Assembly: GCA_965248435.1 (NCBI GenBank)
Contig: OZ252100.1
Span: forward strand, 352,001 to 416,000
Direction of reading: 5' to 3'
Length of the DNA: 64,000 bases
From: Candidatus Latescibacterota bacterium
GTDB lineage: Bacteria > Latescibacterota > UBA2968 > GCA-2709665
Positions 34,993-44,459 of this stretch are shown here, in pieces. Each line of letters opens with the position of its first letter. Position 1 is the first letter of the stretch. A program made the position numbers and the translations under genes. The notes beneath the pieces are model-generated. The model did not search any database. It saw nothing but the letters and a program-made list of their open reading frames with translations, and was not told the origin of the DNA.

Positions 34993-35748
34993 ATGAAGCC
35001 CGAGAATGCTGATCGCGACGGCTATTCCAAAATCGCGGACCGCTACGATAGGTTTTACGAAGAGGATCCGAAGATTCTCGCCTTCTTCAAGTACCTGGTC
35101 GATCGGCATCAGATCCGGAGCGTGCTCGATTGCGCCTGCGGCACCGGACGGGAGCTTCTGATCTTTCACTCCCTTGGCTGTGACGTTACAGGTTCGGACA
35201 TCTCGCCATCCATGCTCGCGTTGGCCAGGAAACACCTCGCAGAGGCCGACGTGGGGGTCCCGCTTCATCAAACCGATTACCGGGAACTGCACGAAAAGTT
35301 CACCGAGTCGTTCGACGCCGTTCTCGTCTGGTCGGGTGCCATCTTTCACGTCTCAGATGATGCAGACGCCCTACAGGCCTTTCGCAGCATGCGGAAAGTA
35401 CTCTCACCCGACGGGATCCTCGTGATGGATCAAGGCATGACGGACAGGAGATTGCTCGAAAAAAAACGATTTGTCCTGAATCGATCAACTCCTGAGGCCT
35501 CTCGCGTCTATGTCATCGACTTCCTGAGTGACCGAGATTGGCGCTACAACACGTTGGATGTCACCCACGACGGTGGCAAACACAGGATGGAGGTCTGGAG
35601 CACGGATGCTCACTTTCTGCTCGAGGAAGATCAGAAGCGCCTTCTGGGTGAGGCGGGGTTTTCCAGAGTTGACTTCTACGGAACATATGACTTCGACCCG
35701 TACGACAGAGACTCCAGTTTGAGGCTGATCACCGTCGCACATAAATGA
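34993..35748 (+). CDS. Class I SAM-dependent methyltransferase (glycine/sarcosine N-methyltransferase-like)
   Basis: VLDCACGTG, GSDISPSML, FDAV, L.PDGILV. Confidence 0.88.
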   Translation: MKPENADRDGYSKIADRYDRFYEEDPKILAFFKYLVDRHQIRSVLDCACGTGRELLIFHSLGCDVTGSDISPSMLALARKHLAEADVGVPLHQTDYRELHEKFTESFDAVLVWSGAIFHVSDDADALQAFRSMRKVLSPDGILVMDQGMTDRRLLEKKRFVLNRSTPEASRVYVIDFLSDRDWRYNTLDVTHDGGKHRMEVWSTDAHFLLEEDQKRLLGEAGFSRVDFYGTYDFDPYDRDSSLRLITVAHK

Positions 35749-36161
35749 GCGGGGAAAAGTTGGGAGACAGGATGCCCGTCAAGATGACTTCTGACAAAAC
35801 GATCACGCCGATTCTGTCCATTTTTGCGACAATCCTTTGCCTGGGGTGCTCCGAGGGAGATTCGACGACGATCATAAGCAGTAATGACGAGCCGTCCGTG
35901 ACACTCACGCCCGGCGCTACACTGACGATAGGCACCACGTCGGGGATCGGAAGCAGCGGCACCTACAACATCCCGCAGGGCGCGAGTCGAATCCGTTGGA
36001 CGTGTACGGGGACGGTTACTGTCGATATTCAATCACAAAGCGGCTCGTCTTCGCAGCAGTGTTCGAACGGGTCGCAATCCGTTTCCGTCACGGGGCCGGG
36101 AACGATGGCAGTGCAGTTCGGGAACAGTGGCACACTGGTCGTCACCGCGACGGGAAGTTGA
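35745..36161 (+). CDS. Small Ser/Thr/Gly-rich putative lipoprotein
   Basis: Hydrophobic stretch ending in the lipobox-like LCLGC; beta-rich body with a Cys pair; start uncertain. Confidence 0.55.
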   Translation: MSGEKLGDRMPVKMTSDKTITPILSIFATILCLGCSEGDSTTIISSNDEPSVTLTPGATLTIGTTSGIGSSGTYNIPQGASRIRWTCTGTVTVDIQSQSGSSSQQCSNGSQSVSVTGPGTMAVQFGNSGTLVVTATGS

Positions 36162-36212
36162 GCGCTAAGAATGATCAGAAGTGAAGTGGCCAATCAGGCA
36201 CCCAGCTCAAGG

Positions 36213-37040
36213 ATGACCGAGCGGTTCGAATCCAGCTGTTCACTCGATCCTGCACAGATCCAGGAATGGGTGGAGAGGTTCAACCGCGAGGGATTCCTGC
36301 TCCTTGAGAATGTGCTGACCCGAGCCCACGTCGACCTGCTCAAGGCCGACCTGGACTGGTCGCTCGGAAATTTCACTTCACTCGATAAAGACCCCGACGG
36401 CAAGCTCCTCGGCCGGAAATCGAAGTCCTCTATCCAGCTCTGCCACCGGATGTTCGAGCACAGCCCCGCGAACCTGAACCTGTTCGACCTGGAGCCGATC
36501 GTCAGTCTCGCCGAAGCCCTGGTCGCCCCAAATTGCCACGTGATCCACAACAACTCATTCATCTCGCCGCCCGGAGGCGGCATCACAGGCTGGCACCAGG
36601 ACGACCCGCCTCACCTCCAGATTACCGAAGGCGAGCTTCCAAAAAATATCGTCCTCCCCGTCCTGTTCTTCACATGCAACTACTACCTGACCGATGTAAC
36701 GAAGATCGAGCAAGGCGCTACCGAGGTCATCCCCCGCTCACACCTCTTCGGCGCCAACGCGCGCGAGGCCGACATCGAAAGAGACTTTGTGGACAAGGTC
36801 CACTACAACCTGGGTAAGGCCGGAAGCGTAATCATGTTCAACAACCAGGTCTGGCACCGCGGTGGGCCCAATCAGACGGAGCAACCTCGATACATTACTC
36901 AAATCACCTACGGCCGCCGAATCATCGGTCACAAGTACTGGCCCTTTATGAACTACACCATGCCGGAGCACGTCTACAAGGATGCGAATCCAAGGCTGAA
37001 AAGGCTCCTTGGCTTCCTGGAGCACGGGGCTTATGGCTAG
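36213..37040 (+). CDS. Phytanoyl-CoA dioxygenase (PhyH) family Fe(II)/2-oxoglutarate oxygenase
   Basis: F..EGFL..ENVL, WHQD, GATEVIPRSH, AGSV..F....WHRGGPN. Confidence 0.9.
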   Translation: MTERFESSCSLDPAQIQEWVERFNREGFLLLENVLTRAHVDLLKADLDWSLGNFTSLDKDPDGKLLGRKSKSSIQLCHRMFEHSPANLNLFDLEPIVSLAEALVAPNCHVIHNNSFISPPGGGITGWHQDDPPHLQITEGELPKNIVLPVLFFTCNYYLTDVTKIEQGATEVIPRSHLFGANAREADIERDFVDKVHYNLGKAGSVIMFNNQVWHRGGPNQTEQPRYITQITYGRRIIGHKYWPFMNYTMPEHVYKDANPRLKRLLGFLEHGAYG

Positions 37041-37150
37041 TGGACACAAGCGCTGCGATTGGATTGTTCGCCGTCGGGAGCCTGCCCCGGGCCGAGAAAC
37101 GGGATATGTGGCCGCTCTCAATTCACCAATCTAATCAAGTTGTATGAGTG

Positions 37151-37174
37151 GTAGGACCCAACCCCTGTTGGCGA
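37151..37174 (+). repeat. GTAG-type REP palindrome
   Basis: gtaggacccaacccctgttggcga, similar to 39090-39113. Confidence 0.55.
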
Positions 37175-37257
37175 CGAAATGATTCACGGTGTTGGCAACA
37201 AATTATCGTGATCAGCTCCCGTTGGCGAATCGCGATCAAACCATCGGAGAAAAACTC

Positions 37258-37525
37258 GTGAGCCTCACCTTTTCAGCAGAGCCCTACGGCGCCTCAGTTC
37301 GCGATTTCGGTGCGGTTGGTAACGGACTTTCCGATGACAGTGGACCGATTCAAAAGGCCCTGGACTCGCCTCGCTGCCGACTCCACGCTTCCCGAGGGCG
37401 TTGTTCGGCCGTTGGAGATACCCGATAAGGATATCCTGCATCAGGCCGATCTGCGGATGTCGCCCGATCACAAGCTCCTCCTGGCCCGGGGTGGGTTCGA
37501 TCGGCTTGAACTGAACCCCGAATAA
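37258..37525 (+). pseudogene. Gene remnant with a pectate_lyase_3-like (beta-helix) N-terminal motif
   Basis: SVRDFGAVGNGLSDDSGPIQKALDS, after which the frame breaks; a second frame gives a short C-terminus-like stretch ending at TAA 37525. Confidence 0.55.
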
Positions 37526-37561
37526 TAAGCCATTAGAGTCTCTGCGAGAGGTGGTTAGATC

Positions 37562-39070
37562 ATGCGGAAAAACACGGATCCAGACGGACCGTTCGTACTG
37601 GGAATGGACCTGGGGACCGGTGGCTGCAAGGTCTGCGCGGTCGGACGAGATGGCCGTCTTTTGGCTGGATACTCCGCTCACTACCCGACGCACACGCCCG
37701 AGCCCGGCTGGGCGGAACAGAATCCGGATGACTGGATGCCGGCCATTTCTCAAGCCACTGCCGAACTGCTTGACGAGACCGGGATCCGCGGCGAAGATGT
37801 GGCCGGTGTCGCGCTGTCGTGCGCGTCCCATATCGGCGTCCTGGTCGACAAGCAAGGCCGACCGACGCGAAACGCCATCCTCTGGAGCGATCAGCGCTCG
37901 CAGGAAGAGGTGGAGGCGCTCGAGGTTTCATCAGGCGACGAGATCTTCGAACGAACTTCCAATCCCGTCTCCACGACCTGGACGCTGCCGCACCTGGCCT
38001 GGATCCAGCGCCACGATGCGGAGGCGTGGTCCCGAACCGAGCGAATCCTTCTGTCAAAGGACTTCCTTGCCTACCGGCTTGCAGGTTGTCTGACGACTGA
38101 TCCTGCGACGGCGCTCTCTTCCCTGCTTTATGACACCGCCTACGACGGCTGGTCCGAGTCACTATGCGAACTCGTCGACCTCACCCCCGATATGCTGTGT
38201 GAGGTCCACCCCGTAACCGCCGTCGTGGGTGAGTTGACCAAAGAGGCGGCGAGTATGCTCCAACTCCGGGCCGGAACGCCGCTGATCAACGGGACGCTCG
38301 ACAATGCGTCGGAGACCTTCGGCGCGGGGGTCGCCAGCCCGGGCAGGGCGCTCCTGCGTCTCGCGAGCGCAGGGGGTATCCACCTCGTGTTCGATCAAGT
38401 ACAGCCTCATCCCAGGCTGATCACCTACCCCCACGCCGTCGCCCCACTCTGGTTCTCTCAGGCCGGCACGAGCACCTGCGCCACATCAGTCACGTGGGCA
38501 ATCCGGACGTTTACATCAGATAGGGGCGTGTCTTTCGGGGATTGGGACGGGGAGGCCGAGAAAGTAGCTGTGGGATCGGAAGGGCTCTTCTTCCACCCCT
38601 ACCTTTCAGGCGAACGGTGTCCCCACTGGGACCCCCGGCTCCGCGCGAGCTTCGTCGGCGCGTCTCTTCGCCACGGAACCGCACATTTTGCCAGGGCGGT
38701 CTACGAAGGGACCGCGCTTTCGGTCCGTGACGCGCTTGGCGTCCTGGAAGAGGTCGGGCCGTCACCCACAGAACTCACAGCCGTAGGTGGCGGCACCGAA
38801 AGCGAGCTCTGGCTCAGGATCGTCTGCGACTGTCTCGGAAAGCCGCTCAAGATCGCGGCTCACGCCGACTCGTCCTACGGCGCTGCCCTGCTCGGCCTGG
38901 TGGGACTCGGTTTCTTCAAGGAAACAAAAGACGCTTTGGCTAACGTCGGGCAATCCCACAGGGAAATGCAGCCGGACAAAGAAAATCATGCGATCTATAA
39001 CGGGCTCCTCGAGAAGTATCGCGACATTCACGCGAGGCTGGCGCCGGTTTACCACGGTGATGGGTCGTGA
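37562..39070 (+). CDS. FGGY family carbohydrate kinase (xylulokinase-like)
   Basis: LGMDLGTGGCK, GWAEQNP, AILWSDQRS, PYLSGERCP.WDP, RAVYEG, VGGG. Confidence 0.9.
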   Translation: MRKNTDPDGPFVLGMDLGTGGCKVCAVGRDGRLLAGYSAHYPTHTPEPGWAEQNPDDWMPAISQATAELLDETGIRGEDVAGVALSCASHIGVLVDKQGRPTRNAILWSDQRSQEEVEALEVSSGDEIFERTSNPVSTTWTLPHLAWIQRHDAEAWSRTERILLSKDFLAYRLAGCLTTDPATALSSLLYDTAYDGWSESLCELVDLTPDMLCEVHPVTAVVGELTKEAASMLQLRAGTPLINGTLDNASETFGAGVASPGRALLRLASAGGIHLVFDQVQPHPRLITYPHAVAPLWFSQAGTSTCATSVTWAIRTFTSDRGVSFGDWDGEAEKVAVGSEGLFFHPYLSGERCPHWDPRLRASFVGASLRHGTAHFARAVYEGTALSVRDALGVLEEVGPSPTELTAVGGGTESELWLRIVCDCLGKPLKIAAHADSSYGAALLGLVGLGFFKETKDALANVGQSHREMQPDKENHAIYNGLLEKYRDIHARLAPVYHGDGS

Positions 39071-39089
39071 GAATCACGAAAATCGTTAG

Positions 39090-39218
39090 GTAGGAGCCAG
39101 CTCCTGCTGGCGAAGGCGAGCATCGGGGTGACCTTTTCGCCGCCAGGAGGCGGCTCACAGGGTTGGGCGTAGACTAACAGCGCGATCAACTTGTTCGCCG
39201 CCGGGAGGCGGCTCCTAC
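39090..39218. repeat. GTAG REP cluster (REPIN-like): one forward and two inverted units
   Basis: gtaggagccagctcctgctggcga (39090); ttcgccgccaggaggcggctcacag (39136); ttcgccgccgggaggcggctcctac (39194-39218). Confidence 0.75.
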
Positions 39219-39272
39219 CAGATTTTACCGTTTGAAGTCAGGTCGAACAACGCGACAAAGGAGGATGCTGAA

Positions 39273-41705
39273 ATGCAGCTGGTCGTTGACACGGAGCTGT
39301 CCAAACCGGCCAAATGGGCATTGGACCGACTGAACCAGGTCTTTCTTTCAAGGAGTGAATCCGTTCAGGAAAGGTCCGCTCCCGAGTCAGGCCACGCTAT
39401 ACTGATCGGTGTCGCCGACCGTTCTCCCCTCGTTGACCAGGCGCTCGACACGGCCGGATTGCAGTGCCCGGAGGCATCCGAATCCCTCGTCATCCATCGC
39501 GTGGATGAAGATCGGCTCCTCGTCGCGGGACGGGATAAACGCGGCCTGGTTTACGCGCTGCTGGAGGTGGCCAGGACGATCGAACTGTCGGACCGTGATA
39601 GCTCTCCACTGGACGGCGTTCAGCCGGCCGTCGAGTCGCCCGCACTCGACTGGCGCAGCATGCAGCTCTTTCTCTGCAACCGAAAGCTCGAACAGGAATG
39701 GTTTTACCGCGAAGACTTCTGGGAGGCGTACCTGACGCAGCTTGTGCGAGATCGCTTCAACAATCTGAGCCTCACCTTTGCGCACCAGACGAACTACCTG
39801 GCGCCTCCCTATCCCTTCTTTGTCGAGATGCCGGAGTTCCCACAGGTGGTTCCCGTCGATTTTTCTACTGAGGAGCGCGAGCAAAACCTCGACATGCTCA
39901 GGAAGATTTCGGAGATGGCCCGAGACCGGGCGCTTCATTTCACCTTTGCCGTCTGGACCCAGAACGCGGATAGCTACGGCGAACCTACGGTCATGGGGCT
40001 CGATGAGGAGAATCTCGTAGATTTCAACGCCGTCGGCCTCAGGAGAGTGCTCGAAGCCTGTCCGAGAATAGATGGCGTCCAGTTCCGTATGAATTCGGAA
40101 TCCGGAATTCCAGAGGACCGCCAGATAGAATTCTATGAAAAACAGTTCCGTGCTGTCGCTGATTGCGGCCGTCCCCTCCGTCTCGACCTGCGCGCCAAAG
40201 GGCTTGCCGACGAGACCATTCAGCTTTCCAGAGAAATCGTCCCTTCTACTGTAATCTCCACCAAGCACTGGTGTGAGCATCAGGGTCTACCCTACCCCAT
40301 GCCTGCCATCCAGAAGAGAGACATCAACAGTTACAGACGCTACGGGATGTGGGACCTGCTGCAGAAACCCCGGGCCTACCCGCTTGTCTACCGCCTCTGG
40401 AGCGCCGGTTCCCAGCGCGTGCTGCTTTGGGGGGATCCGGAGTGGGTGAAGCGGTTCGCCACCTCCTGCCGCTTCGGGGGGATCGGGTTCGAGGTGATGG
40501 CCCCGCTGACAAACAAAGGTTTTCGCGCTGACACCGAGCCCTGGCAGACCATCGACAACCCCGAATACCAGCCCTACCCCGACGAGATCCAGCGCTACTG
40601 GATGTTCAACCTGCTCTTCGGCCGCCTGGGATATAATCCCGAGACTTCGGCCGAGATCTGGGAACGCGAGCTGAGGGCCCGATTCGGTGAGGCGGCAGAG
40701 GCTGTCGGTGAGCTCTATCGCGGCGGCGGCAAGATCCTGCCGCTGATCACGACCGTCCTGCAGTTCTCCGCCAGTATGTGGGGGTTCTGGCCCGAAATGT
40801 TTGCCGGCAGGAGCCTCGAAGAGGACATTTTGATCGAACCGAGTGACCCGACACAGTTTTACCGCGTCGATGAGTATGTCGAGGACGCCGTGAACGGCCG
40901 GCTTTGCGGCAAGTGGACGCCCCCCCATACCGCTGCCCACTTCCGCAAGCTCGCAGCGGAAACTCGCGATGCCCTGAGCGCGCTCGGAACGGAGTCAACG
41001 TCCGATGATGCGGAACTTCGGGGAACACGGCTCGACTTCGCGATCGCCGCTGACCTCGCCGACTACCACGCCTGTCGTCTCCTGGCCACGACGCACCTGG
41101 CTTTCTATCACCAGACCCAGAACGCAGCCCATCTGCAGGCGGCGCGCGAAGCCCTGCAACAGGCTGAGCCGCACTGGGCGTCGCTGTCTGACGCAGCCGA
41201 CGGAGTCTATCATCCCTACCTGATCTTCGGTCGTGAGCAGCACCGCGGGCACTGGAAAGACAGGTTGAAAGTCGTGGCGGCGGATCTGGAGGCCATCGAT
41301 CAGCTTATGGAGAAGTCTGACGCCGCACCGGCTCCGAATCCCTTCGCCGGAGGCGACATCCATCCAGATCCGCCGGGCATAACCTTCACGCCGCCGTCTG
41401 AGGCCACACCTGACCATGATCTTGTGCTCCGCATCCAGGCGAAATCAGACGCCAGCCTGGAAACGGTTCGCTGTTACTACAAGATCGTGAATCAGGTCCT
41501 TCCTTTCGACTGTCTCGATATGTCGAACCAGGGAGATGATGGCTACACTGTGACGATCCCGGGCACCTCTATCGATGCGCGGTGGGACATGATGGTCTTC
41601 TTCGAGTTCGTGTATGCGGACGACAGCGCCTGTCGCTGGCCGGACTGGCGTCAACACACGCCATATGTCGTCATCCCGGTGGCTACAGGGCATCAAAACC
41701 CATAG
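39273..41705 (+). CDS. Large hypothetical glycoside hydrolase-like protein (GH20/GH67-type N-terminal domain plus a putative barrel)
   Basis: 'ESLVI......L.VAGRD.RGLVYALLE' is typical of the GH20/67/115 N-domain; GGAGG RBS. Confidence 0.65.
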   Translation: MQLVVDTELSKPAKWALDRLNQVFLSRSESVQERSAPESGHAILIGVADRSPLVDQALDTAGLQCPEASESLVIHRVDEDRLLVAGRDKRGLVYALLEVARTIELSDRDSSPLDGVQPAVESPALDWRSMQLFLCNRKLEQEWFYREDFWEAYLTQLVRDRFNNLSLTFAHQTNYLAPPYPFFVEMPEFPQVVPVDFSTEEREQNLDMLRKISEMARDRALHFTFAVWTQNADSYGEPTVMGLDEENLVDFNAVGLRRVLEACPRIDGVQFRMNSESGIPEDRQIEFYEKQFRAVADCGRPLRLDLRAKGLADETIQLSREIVPSTVISTKHWCEHQGLPYPMPAIQKRDINSYRRYGMWDLLQKPRAYPLVYRLWSAGSQRVLLWGDPEWVKRFATSCRFGGIGFEVMAPLTNKGFRADTEPWQTIDNPEYQPYPDEIQRYWMFNLLFGRLGYNPETSAEIWERELRARFGEAAEAVGELYRGGGKILPLITTVLQFSASMWGFWPEMFAGRSLEEDILIEPSDPTQFYRVDEYVEDAVNGRLCGKWTPPHTAAHFRKLAAETRDALSALGTESTSDDAELRGTRLDFAIAADLADYHACRLLATTHLAFYHQTQNAAHLQAAREALQQAEPHWASLSDAADGVYHPYLIFGREQHRGHWKDRLKVVAADLEAIDQLMEKSDAAPAPNPFAGGDIHPDPPGITFTPPSEATPDHDLVLRIQAKSDASLETVRCYYKIVNQVLPFDCLDMSNQGDDGYTVTIPGTSIDARWDMMVFFEFVYADDSACRWPDWRQHTPYVVIPVATGHQNP

Positions 41706-41713
41706 GAGGATGA

Positions 41714-42544
41714 ATGGAACGCCAGAAACTCCACCTGCTTGCCGTGGTCGCCCACCCTCACGACTTCGTGCACTGCTGCGGCACGTTCGGGGTTCACACC
41801 GCCATGGGCGACACGGCGACGGTCGTTTCGCTGATGAGCGGCGCGTCTACCCCCCACAACGATAAGCTCTCAGTCGAGCTGGCCAAACCGCCTGAGGATC
41901 GGGACCCCGAGGTTATGGGACAAACCTGGGAGCAGTTCGCCGAAATCAAGAAACAGGAGCTTCGCGACGTCGCCGCGATCTTCGGCATAACCGACGTCAG
42001 GGTCTTCGACTATCCGGACCACCCCTTCTACCTGCGCGACCATCCGAAGGCGATCGAACAGCTGGTAGACGTCATGCTGGAAGTGCGTCCCCACGTGCTC
42101 GTTACGCAGTCCCCGTACACGTCCAGTGCATTCAGGCACTCCGGTCAAAGCTCCGGTGCACACAATGACCACAACGAAACAGCGTATGCCGCCCTGGCGG
42201 CCCGCGCCCAGGCCGGGGCTCCCCAATTCGGCGAAACCCAGCGCCCGCACAAGATCGCCGCCGTCTATTACCTGGGACTCTATTTCGATCGGAGCAGGTG
42301 GGACTTCTGCGTGGACATCTCCGATTTCTTCGAGAAGAAGGTCCAGGCCGAGGCCTCGTTCCTGAGTCAAGGCCACACACCGGAGCGGGCCCGCCGATCC
42401 GTCGAGTTGAATGCCGGGCATACGGGCCGCTACGGCGGCGGTGTCAAATACGCGGAGTCGTTCGTCAGGGACAGCCACGAACTCTTGCCGCATTTCATCG
42501 TTCCCGAGGCGGCGCTCAAGCGCGCGGAGAATCCGGTTGTATAG
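41714..42544 (+). CDS. PIG-L/LmbE family deacetylase
   Basis: VVAHPHD, E....A.IFG, RPHVLVT, H.DH, VDIS...EKK, YAESF. Confidence 0.85.
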   Translation: MERQKLHLLAVVAHPHDFVHCCGTFGVHTAMGDTATVVSLMSGASTPHNDKLSVELAKPPEDRDPEVMGQTWEQFAEIKKQELRDVAAIFGITDVRVFDYPDHPFYLRDHPKAIEQLVDVMLEVRPHVLVTQSPYTSSAFRHSGQSSGAHNDHNETAYAALAARAQAGAPQFGETQRPHKIAAVYYLGLYFDRSRWDFCVDISDFFEKKVQAEASFLSQGHTPERARRSVELNAGHTGRYGGGVKYAESFVRDSHELLPHFIVPEAALKRAENPVV

Positions 42545-42570
42545 CCGTGAATTCTAGTGCCGCGATTATA

Positions 42571-42652
42571 AGACCGCAGACCGCAGACGGCAGACCGCCA
42601 AAGGCATACAACTGTTTCTTGATTTGGCCGTCCGCGGTCCGTGGTCTGTCGT
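42571..42652. repeat. Intergenic inverted array of 7-mer repeats
   Basis: agaccgc agaccgc agacggc agaccgc ... gccgtcc gcggtcc gtggtct gtcgtc. Confidence 0.75.
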
Positions 42653-42664
42653 CAGGTTTTTCAT

Positions 42665-43594
42665 ATGTTTGAACTCAAAGACCAAGTGATCGGCGATTCC
42701 TGGTATTTTGTTTCCGAGGACACGGCCCACATGTTCTTCCTGACCAAGCCCGTCGATCGCGAAGAGGCCGGGTGGGAGATTGGCCACGCAGTCAGCGGGA
42801 ACCTGATCGATTGGGACTACCTCGGCTTGGCCCTCACGCGCGGACCCGAAGGGGCCTGGGACGGCCAGGGTCTCGCGACCGGCAGCGTGATCGAACGAGA
42901 TGGCAAATACTGGATGGCCTTCACCGCGTTTCAGGAGAACGGTCGAGTGCAGCTGACCGGGATTGCGGTTTCAGACGATCTGATCACCTGGCGAAAACTA
43001 CCTGAGAACCCCGTGACCCAACCCGAGCCCCCTTACTATGAGCAGTTGTCGTCAGGGCAGCGACCAAGCTCTCACTGGCGCGATCCCTTCCTGCTGGACG
43101 ATGGCGATGCCGTCTACCAGCTCATCTGTGCAAGCCGAAGCGAGGGCGACGTGAAGACGCGCGGGACGGTGGCGCTGGCGCGCAGTACGGACATGGTCGA
43201 GTGGGAAATCCTGCCCCCTCTCGAGCACGACTGGATCGCCGAGGAGATGGAGGTCCCTCAGGTCTACCAGATCGAGGGTCGTTGGTACCTGGTCTTCTGC
43301 ACACAAAGCCCTCTGCTCTCGCCGAGCTTTGCCGAACGATTCGAGAACGGGGCTCCCAGACGAAGCAACTTCGCCATGGTCGGCAGCTCCCCCCTCGGGC
43401 CGTATCACATTCACGGGACAGGCCAGATCGTGCACCACCCGAATGACGTCTATTTTTATGCCGCTCAACTCGTAAATCTACGCGGAAAATGGTACCTGAT
43501 GGCAACGACACACGGCGAGGCGTCTAACGTGATTGCCGATCCGGTTCCCGTCTATGCCGATGAGACGGGCGTCCACGCGATCACTGATTCTTGA
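42665..43594 (+). CDS. GH32-like five-bladed beta-propeller glycosidase
   Basis: GDSWY, IGHAVS.NLIDW, ATGSV, WRDP, EVPQ (Asp/Asp/Glu positions of clan GH-J). Confidence 0.8.
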   Translation: MFELKDQVIGDSWYFVSEDTAHMFFLTKPVDREEAGWEIGHAVSGNLIDWDYLGLALTRGPEGAWDGQGLATGSVIERDGKYWMAFTAFQENGRVQLTGIAVSDDLITWRKLPENPVTQPEPPYYEQLSSGQRPSSHWRDPFLLDDGDAVYQLICASRSEGDVKTRGTVALARSTDMVEWEILPPLEHDWIAEEMEVPQVYQIEGRWYLVFCTQSPLLSPSFAERFENGAPRRSNFAMVGSSPLGPYHIHGTGQIVHHPNDVYFYAAQLVNLRGKWYLMATTHGEASNVIADPVPVYADETGVHAITDS

Positions 43595-43606
43595 GAGGGT
43601 CGTAAG

Positions 43607-44371
43607 ATGGCTGACGATATGAACGGAAAGGTCGCCCTCATCACCGGCGGTGCTTCGGGAATCGGCCGCGCGACCGCGCTGAGGTTTGCCGCCGATAAAG
43701 CCAGCGTCGTCATCGCCGATGTGGATACCGATGGAGGCGAAGAGACGATGCGCACGATCGAAGGGAATGGCGGCGATGCACGCTTCGTGAAGACGGACGT
43801 GGTGCGAGAATCAGAGGTGAAGGCGTTGGTCCGGAAGTCGGTCGACGCGTATGGACGCCTGGACTACGCCTTCAACAACGCCGGAATCTCGTCTCCGCGC
43901 AGTGTAGACCTTGTGGAACACACCGAGGAAGAGTGGGACCGTGTCATCGACATCGACTTGAAAGGCGTCTGGCTGTGCATGAAGCATGAAATTCTGCAGA
44001 TGCTGGAGCAGGGCTCAGGCGCGATCGTGAACACGTCGTCGATCTACGGTCTGGTAGGTATTCCCACTGGCCCGGCCTATGCGGCCGCTAAACACGGCGT
44101 CATCGGACTCACGAAGTCGGCCGCCCTGACCTATGCCCAGAAGGGCATACGGGTCAACGCCGTATGTCCTGGCGCGACCCGGTCGCCCATGGTGCAGCGA
44201 ATCATCGACCAAAACCCCGCGCGAGAAGAGTGGTACGTCTCTCAACATCCAATCGGACGAATGGGCGTGCCCGAGGAGATCGCCGAGGCGGTCGTCTGGC
44301 TCTGCTCCGACAAGACCTCGTTTATCACGGGACACGCAATGGCAGTAGATGGCGGCTACGTGGCGCAGTAG
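43607..44371 (+). CDS. Short-chain dehydrogenase/reductase (classical SDR)
   Basis: TGGASGIG, NNAG, YAAAK, RVNAVCPG, VDGG. Confidence 0.95.
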   Translation: MADDMNGKVALITGGASGIGRATALRFAADKASVVIADVDTDGGEETMRTIEGNGGDARFVKTDVVRESEVKALVRKSVDAYGRLDYAFNNAGISSPRSVDLVEHTEEEWDRVIDIDLKGVWLCMKHEILQMLEQGSGAIVNTSSIYGLVGIPTGPAYAAAKHGVIGLTKSAALTYAQKGIRVNAVCPGATRSPMVQRIIDQNPAREEWYVSQHPIGRMGVPEEIAEAVVWLCSDKTSFITGHAMAVDGGYVAQ

Positions 44372-44379
44372 ATTTGGCT

Positions 44380-44408
44380 TTGCTTCTCCTATCTGCAACC
44401 CGTATGAT
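44380..44408 (+). promoter_or_regulatory. Putative sigma70 promoter of the P450 gene
   Basis: TTGCTT-N17-TATGAT. Confidence 0.45.
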
Positions 44409-44459
44409 TGTTTACATTTGATATGGCTAGGAATGACAACTGCTCGGAGAAATCACTAG

